NCBI GenBank assembly: GCA_022340645.1
Contig: JAJDNP010000091.1
Span: 1,673-65,672, forward strand
Reading direction: 5' to 3'
DNA length: 64,000 bases
Source of the DNA: Gammaproteobacteria bacterium
Lineage (GTDB): Bacteria > Pseudomonadota > Gammaproteobacteria > SZUA-229
Position numbers and translations under genes: made by a program. Below the pieces are notes generated by a model, which made no database searches, was not told where the DNA came from, and was given only the letters and a program-made list of their open reading frames with translations. Of the stretch, positions 60,697 through 64,000 are shown in pieces (position 1 is the first letter of the stretch; each line of letters opens with the position of its first letter).

Positions 60697-63600
60697 ATGA
60701 ACCCTCAAAGCATGTTTGAATATAGTACACTTGGCTGGGTCAAGCCGCAGCTGGATGATGTCTTGTCTGATGCGCAATTAAACCTCAATGAATATATTGA
60801 GAATGGATCGCATGAACGGCTGAGAAAATGCATTGAACACCTGCAGTTGATTTATGGCACGCTGCAAATGGTTGAAGTGTTTGGTGCATCAATGCTGGCT
60901 GAGGAGATGCAGCATACCTCAGAGGCATTATTAGAAGGCAATGTTACAGACGCAAATACTACATATGATGTCCTGATGCGCGCAATGCTGCAGATGCCTG
61001 ACTATCTGGAAAGCATTCAGGCGGGCTGCAGAGACAACCCTATCACACTAATGCCGTTAATGAATGATTTACGTGCGGTACGTAAACAGAATCTGTTAAC
61101 GCAAGGCGTTCTATTTTCTCCTGATATTGAAAACACCCAGCTGTTTTCTGATGATTATGATGCCGACGCCATCAAGCCTGGAAAACTCCAGGGCGAGGTG
61201 AAACGCTTACGGACACATTACCAGTTAGGCCTGCTTGATTATATACGCAATAACAAGGAAACTGCCGGGCTGCATCGCATCAGGGCAGTCTTAACGTCAC
61301 TTGAAAAAGTTTCCGCTAATGCCGAAGTGCGGCGTATCTGGATGGTTGTTGGAGCGCTTGTAGAAGGCTTATTAAAGAACGGTATTGATAAGAACTCAAG
61401 CGTTGAAATGTTGCTCGGGGCTGTTGACAGGCAGTTGAAATTAATACTTGAGTGTGGAGAAGATAAATACCCCAGTCAGTATTCAAAAGGGCTGGTTTCA
61501 AATGCCTTATTTTACATCGCCCTGTCAACACTAGATACCAGATCAATATCAGCTGTTAAAGAAGCATACAATCTAAACGACTTAATTGCCTATGGTGCCG
61601 AACAGTCAGACGTTGCGATCAGCGGATTAAATGCTGACCTGTTTGGTACGGTTTCAAACGGCATTACCGAAGACATGGATCAGGTTAAGGATGAGCTGGA
61701 ACTGTTTATGCATAGCAGTGAGCAAAATGTAGAACAGCTGGTTCCGGTTGTCGAGCAGTTGGGAAAAATTGCCGATACCTACGGTATGCTTGGTATTGAT
61801 GCAGTTCGCCAGTCACTCATGGGGCAGCGTGATGTTCTGCAGGGAATCATCAATGGTGATATCGAAGTAGGCGAGCAGGTAGTGCTGGGTATTGCCTCAG
61901 AAGTATTAAAGGCGGAGTCTGAGCTCAAGGATTATATCGCTGAACGTTCAGGTATTGCTGACAGGGTTTCAGCTTCGGCCGGACTGAGAGTGCCTGCTGC
62001 AGAATATCGCCAGGTTGTACATACCGTTGCATCTGAAGCCCTGAAAAACTTCAGCGAAGCCAAAGCGGCTATCCTGGCATATGTGTCTGGAAATGGCGGC
62101 ACCGAGCAACTGGATATTGTTTTAAATCGCCTGGAAGAAGTTAGCGGCATAACGATGTTGTTGCCACTGGATCGTGTGGCAGCGCTAATTAAAAAGTTGC
62201 AGAGCTTCATTCGTATTGCACTGCTGAATAATAATCACCAGGCAACGGAGGAAGAGCAGGATGCAATTGCTGACGTTGTAACTTCAATTGAATATTATAT
62301 TGAATCTTTATTAGAAGGCCGTCCAGGTGTTGAACAGGGCCTGGATGCGGGTGATAAAGCGATAAGCAAGCTGGAACTTAAAACTCGGTATTATGGTGGT
62401 GGGGAGCCTGATATATCAGTTGCTGACAGGGACGATGCCACAGTTGGCGGCAGCAACACAGAAAAGGCTGAGGTCATTGAACTGACAGTGGCCGAAGCAG
62501 AAGTTGAATCTAAACTCATTCGTGATGAGTCAGCTGTGATACCGCAGACGGCAGAACAATTCACGATTCTCGCAAATGATGCTGATGAGGAAATTGTAGA
62601 AATATTCATTGAAGAAGCTGATGAAGTGCTGGCTGAAATGCGTGAATATTTACCGCAATGGCGTGCCAATGTCGGTAATGATGAAGCGCTGGAAGCGGTG
62701 CGACGAGGTTTTCATACCCTGAAAGGCAGTGGGCGTTTATCCGGTGCCGAACTGATGGGAGAGTTCTCATGGAAATTTGAGAACATGCTCAATCGCTTAA
62801 TCGATAATAAAATCGAAATCAGCGACGCTTTATACCAGGCGCTTGATGATGCACTGGCAGTATTGCCTGACTTAATCGAGCAGATAAAAGGCAGCCCTCA
62901 ATCGATAGATAATATTTTTCAATTGATGTCAGCGGCGGATGCACTTGCCGAAGGCCGAGAAGTCACATTTAACTCGCCTGATCCTGCTATAGACAGCAAA
63001 GCAGTTGAAGCTGGCATGGCCAACCCTGTAGAGGTGACTGAGGTACGAGATACTGCAGATACAGGAGTAACGGCTGGTCTTAACGATACTGGCAAAGCTG
63101 CTGGCGCTGTTGAAGGCACTGATTTCGAATTTGTAGAACCGGAAGCTGAAAATACTATCACCATCGATGAATTAGAAGCCGATGACAGTGTAGGGCTGGA
63201 TGATTTCTTTGATATTGCTGATGAAGTAGATGCAGTTAGTGTTAATGATGCTGACATTGTCAATACAGCGGAAGAACTGGCGGAGGAAGCTTTTACATTA
63301 AAGCCTGAAGAAGTAGATGAAGAGGATTTTGCCATTGAGGCAGCGAATGCCGATGATGACGACATAGATTCAATACAGGATATTGTGATTCAGGATGTCG
63401 ATGCAATAGATGAGAACATAGATGAGCTGATTGAATTATCCGGCATCGATGAGATCAGTGGTAATTATGATATTGATGAGGATGCTAATCTAGGTAATGC
63501 AATGGATGATGCAATCGGTATCGATCCGGTATTGCTAAAGATATATTTTGATGAAAGCCTGGGTCATATTAAGACGGTTAAGCAGCTGATTGATGAGTGC

Positions 63601-64000
63601 AACTCTGAAAAGCAGCGGTTAAAAGCAGACAAGGAATTACTCCGCGCATTCCACACATTATACGGCAGTGCACGAACTGCCAGGGTGGAGGCTATTGCTG
63701 AGCTGGCAGGTGCGACTGAAAAATACATTAAAGCGCGGCAGGATAATGATAAAAAGTTTATTCCAGACGATGTTACTGCTGTAATAACAGATGTTCAGTA
63801 TGCTATTTCTGCAATGCTGAAAATTGTTGCAGACGGACGATTGCCTGTCAGCGATAAAGGCTTACATGAAAAGATAAATAATATTTTACAACTGGAACTT
63901 GGTAATCAGTCTCAGAAATCCGATCAGCAAAATGTTGAAATGGCAGAAGGTTATTCATTACCTGAAAAGGATGAATCGCAGCCAGTTCAGAGAGAAGCAT
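60697..64000 (+). CDS. chpA: ChpA-like multi-Hpt hybrid histidine kinase, N-terminal 1101 codons (runs off the right edge)
   Basis: My own translation from the ATG at 60697 reads MNPQSMFEYSTLGWVKPQLDDV... and is open to the window end. Hpt motifs are FHTLKGSGRL (about 62.7 kb) and FHTLYGSARTA (about 63.65 kb), with an acidic linker between them. Confidence 0.85.
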   Translation, partial: MNPQSMFEYSTLGWVKPQLDDVLSDAQLNLNEYIENGSHERLRKCIEHLQLIYGTLQMVEVFGASMLAEEMQHTSEALLEGNVTDANTTYDVLMRAMLQMPDYLESIQAGCRDNPITLMPLMNDLRAVRKQNLLTQGVLFSPDIENTQLFSDDYDADAIKPGKLQGEVKRLRTHYQLGLLDYIRNNKETAGLHRIRAVLTSLEKVSANAEVRRIWMVVGALVEGLLKNGIDKNSSVEMLLGAVDRQLKLILECGEDKYPSQYSKGLVSNALFYIALSTLDTRSISAVKEAYNLNDLIAYGAEQSDVAISGLNADLFGTVSNGITEDMDQVKDELELFMHSSEQNVEQLVPVVEQLGKIADTYGMLGIDAVRQSLMGQRDVLQGIINGDIEVGEQVVLGIASEVLKAESELKDYIAERSGIADRVSASAGLRVPAAEYRQVVHTVASEALKNFSEAKAAILAYVSGNGGTEQLDIVLNRLEEVSGITMLLPLDRVAALIKKLQSFIRIALLNNNHQATEEEQDAIADVVTSIEYYIESLLEGRPGVEQGLDAGDKAISKLELKTRYYGGGEPDISVADRDDATVGGSNTEKAEVIELTVAEAEVESKLIRDESAVIPQTAEQFTILANDADEEIVEIFIEEADEVLAEMREYLPQWRANVGNDEALEAVRRGFHTLKGSGRLSGAELMGEFSWKFENMLNRLIDNKIEISDALYQALDDALAVLPDLIEQIKGSPQSIDNIFQLMSAADALAEGREVTFNSPDPAIDSKAVEAGMANPVEVTEVRDTADTGVTAGLNDTGKAAGAVEGTDFEFVEPEAENTITIDELEADDSVGLDDFFDIADEVDAVSVNDADIVNTAEELAEEAFTLKPEEVDEEDFAIEAANADDDDIDSIQDIVIQDVDAIDENIDELIELSGIDEISGNYDIDEDANLGNAMDDAIGIDPVLLKIYFDESLGHIKTVKQLIDECNSEKQRLKADKELLRAFHTLYGSARTARVEAIAELAGATEKYIKARQDNDKKFIPDDVTAVITDVQYAISAMLKIVADGRLPVSDKGLHEKINNILQLELGNQSQKSDQQNVEMAEGYSLPEKDESQPVQREA

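Noticed and set aside
62919-63365. 148-aa serine-rich ORF on the minus strand
   Set aside because: It is antisense to the acidic linker of chpA. Its composition is simply the complement of GAx/GCx codons, so it is not a gene.

Overview
This looks like a chromosomal segment of a gammaproteobacterium, and almost all of it is housekeeping. The genes run as follows.

- **Left end:** two DUF1254/DUF1214 paralogs, a tRNA with a CAT anticodon, and rpoD.
- **Central carbon block:** tkt-gap-pgk-pyk-fba.
- **Biosynthesis and envelope genes:** an FKBP isomerase, bioD-purC, gltBD, PilZ, MscS, two outer-membrane proteins, purT and mutM.
- **GldA/F/G-like ABC operon:** it also carries a DUF4340 gene.
- **Lone hyuA:** it is followed by a visibly AT-rich stretch of orphan genes.
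- **Partial type II secretion cluster:** gspCDEF only.
- **Pseudomonas-like block:** yggT-proC, pilT-pilU-pilU', pyrC'-pyrB-pyrR-ruvX-algH-tonB3, apbE, gshB and pilGHIJ-chpA. chpA runs off the right edge.

I found no transposase, integrase, CRISPR array or recognisable defence genes.

The least ordinary signal is non-coding. Between 7.4 and 53.1 kb many of the intergenic spacers (16 elements) carry a long hairpin. Its arms are short tandem arrays of 7-10-bp units. Unit sequence differs between loci while the two arms stay complementary. Three of these hairpins contain a second, nested inverted repeat.

A separate 13-14-nt motif (TTAACCCGGATATT) occurs four times between 35.1 and 39.1 kb, in an inverted-repeat arrangement. 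It brackets the orphan genes and gspC.

All protein calls rest on recognising motifs in the supplied translations. No searches were run, and family names for the less conserved proteins are tentative.
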